Shown here piece by piece: positions 13,753 to 14,612 of a stretch of DNA of 14,612 bases. Position 1 is the stretch's first letter, and every line of letters starts with the position of its first letter. The position numbers and the translations under genes are program-made. This DNA comes from Bdellovibrionales bacterium (lineage in GTDB: Bacteria; Bdellovibrionota; Bdellovibrionia; Bdellovibrionales; JAGQZY01). The notes under the pieces are model-generated. The model had not been told where the DNA came from and searched no databases. It was given only the letters and a program-made list of their open reading frames with translations. Where the stretch lies: positions 1-14,612 of the forward strand of contig JANPLN010000004.1 of NCBI GenBank assembly GCA_031426555.1, read 5' to 3'.

Positions 13753-14487
13753 ATGCTGAAAAATGCTCTGATTTTCCTTATGCTTACTCTGTCTCTAGCG
13801 ACCAGTTTTGCACAAACGGGCGACAGCGATATCACGGGAGACGACGCCTACGACCCCTTTGCCGATTATAGCGAATTTGAAGCTTCGGCCGACGAAGAAG
13901 CCGACATTCACTTCTTTAAAAATGGGCGCTTTTTTAACTTAGCCCTGCTTTTAGGACCACAAATGTTCACCGAGGCCCTGGGCGAATATAACAATATCGC
14001 ACCTGCCTATGGAATCTACTTTGCCTACTTTTTCGATATTCGCACGGCCCTGCAGGTCACTTACATCAGCAGCTCCCACGATTTTAACGTTCCTGCCACG
14101 GCGATTTCAAATCCCATTAATGGAACAACCAGTTTATCGACCTTTTCTGTACACATGAAGTACTACTTCAATACCCAAAACATCACGCGCGGTTTTGCCG
14201 ACCTCAATCCCTACCTCATTGGCGGTTTTGGATCTTCCCAGCGAAGCATCGCCATTATAAATCAAACGGCGGTGGCCAAGAGCAGCCCCACCGGCGTCGA
14301 ATTCGGCGGCGGCCTCGAAGTCCCCATCTCGCGAAATAAAATGTATTTAGGCGCCCAAATCATGTACCACTACGTTCAGTTCTCCGACGAAAACATGATG
14401 CTCGCCGATGAAAACCGAAACCCCACCGGCGTCACCTTGAACGGCGACTACATCACCGGCCTCTTCGTCCTCGGAATCAACTTCTAG
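13753..14487 (+). CDS. Outer-membrane beta-barrel protein (small, probably about 8-stranded) with an acidic N-terminal extension
   Basis: Sec signal ending in SFA; amphipathic strands YGIYFAYFF, FSVHMKYYF, NPYLIGGFG, GVEFGGGLEV, YLGAQIMYHYV; C-terminal BAM-type signal LFVLGINF. Confidence 0.88.
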   Translation: MLKNALIFLMLTLSLATSFAQTGDSDITGDDAYDPFADYSEFEASADEEADIHFFKNGRFFNLALLLGPQMFTEALGEYNNIAPAYGIYFAYFFDIRTALQVTYISSSHDFNVPATAISNPINGTTSLSTFSVHMKYYFNTQNITRGFADLNPYLIGGFGSSQRSIAIINQTAVAKSSPTGVEFGGGLEVPISRNKMYLGAQIMYHYVQFSDENMMLADENRNPTGVTLNGDYITGLFVLGINF

Positions 14488-14540
14488 GTACGCTTTTTGG
14501 GACTCATTGCATAAATTTTTATTCACATTCTAGAAGGCTT

Positions 14541-14612
14541 CTTTTTAGGACGCGTCCATCCATGGACTCGCTCGCAGCACGAAACGTCGTGTTTGCGAGA
14601 GGTCCTAAAAAG
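14541..14612. repeat. Y-shaped (three-way junction) palindromic element; REP/MITE-like or bidirectional terminator
   Basis: Perfect 11-bp IR CTTTTTAGGAC (14541-14551) / GTCCTAAAAAG (14602-14612) encloses hairpin GTCCA-TCCA-TGGAC (14554-14567) and hairpin CTCGCA-GCACGA-AACG-TCGTGT-T-TGCGAG (14571-14599). Confidence 0.7.

Noticed and set aside
4759..13871. Numerous 60-175 aa ORFs antisense or out of frame within the pur genes (e.g. 7398-7925 +, 7367-7876 -, 5503-5940 -, 10650-11072 +, 13632-13871 +)
   Set aside because: They overlap well-supported conserved genes and show no motifs or RBS; shadow ORFs.

Overview
A compact bacterial chromosomal segment; gene content, orphan secreted proteins and promoter motifs suggest a Bdellovibrionota-like predator, but that is inference only. 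From left to right it holds: a structured non-coding stretch (1-182); an M23/MepM-like peptidoglycan endopeptidase (200-1486); a consensus sigma54 promoter with two upstream palindromes, driving a two-gene unit of a Cys-rich orphan lipoprotein and a small secreted, possibly LptC/OstA-like protein (1644-3327); a divergent HxlR-type redox regulator / azoR pair (3391-4529); a tightly coupled minus-strand purine operon purM-purN-orfX-purB-purC-purS-purQ-purL-purF (4580-13633) lacking purE/K/H/D; a divergent outer-membrane beta-barrel gene that may be a leaderless sigma28 transcript (13753-14487); and a Y-shaped inverted-repeat element running to the last base. The best candidates for something new are (1) orfX, a Trp-rich protein coupled inside the pur operon that shows degenerate versions of the FAD/Rossmann oxidoreductase motifs and sits in the slot where purH/D/E/K would fall, (2) the sigma54-controlled lipoprotein pair, and (3) a TCTC-N5-GAGA palindrome recurring in three intergenic spacers. 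No tRNA, rRNA, CRISPR array or transposase was seen.
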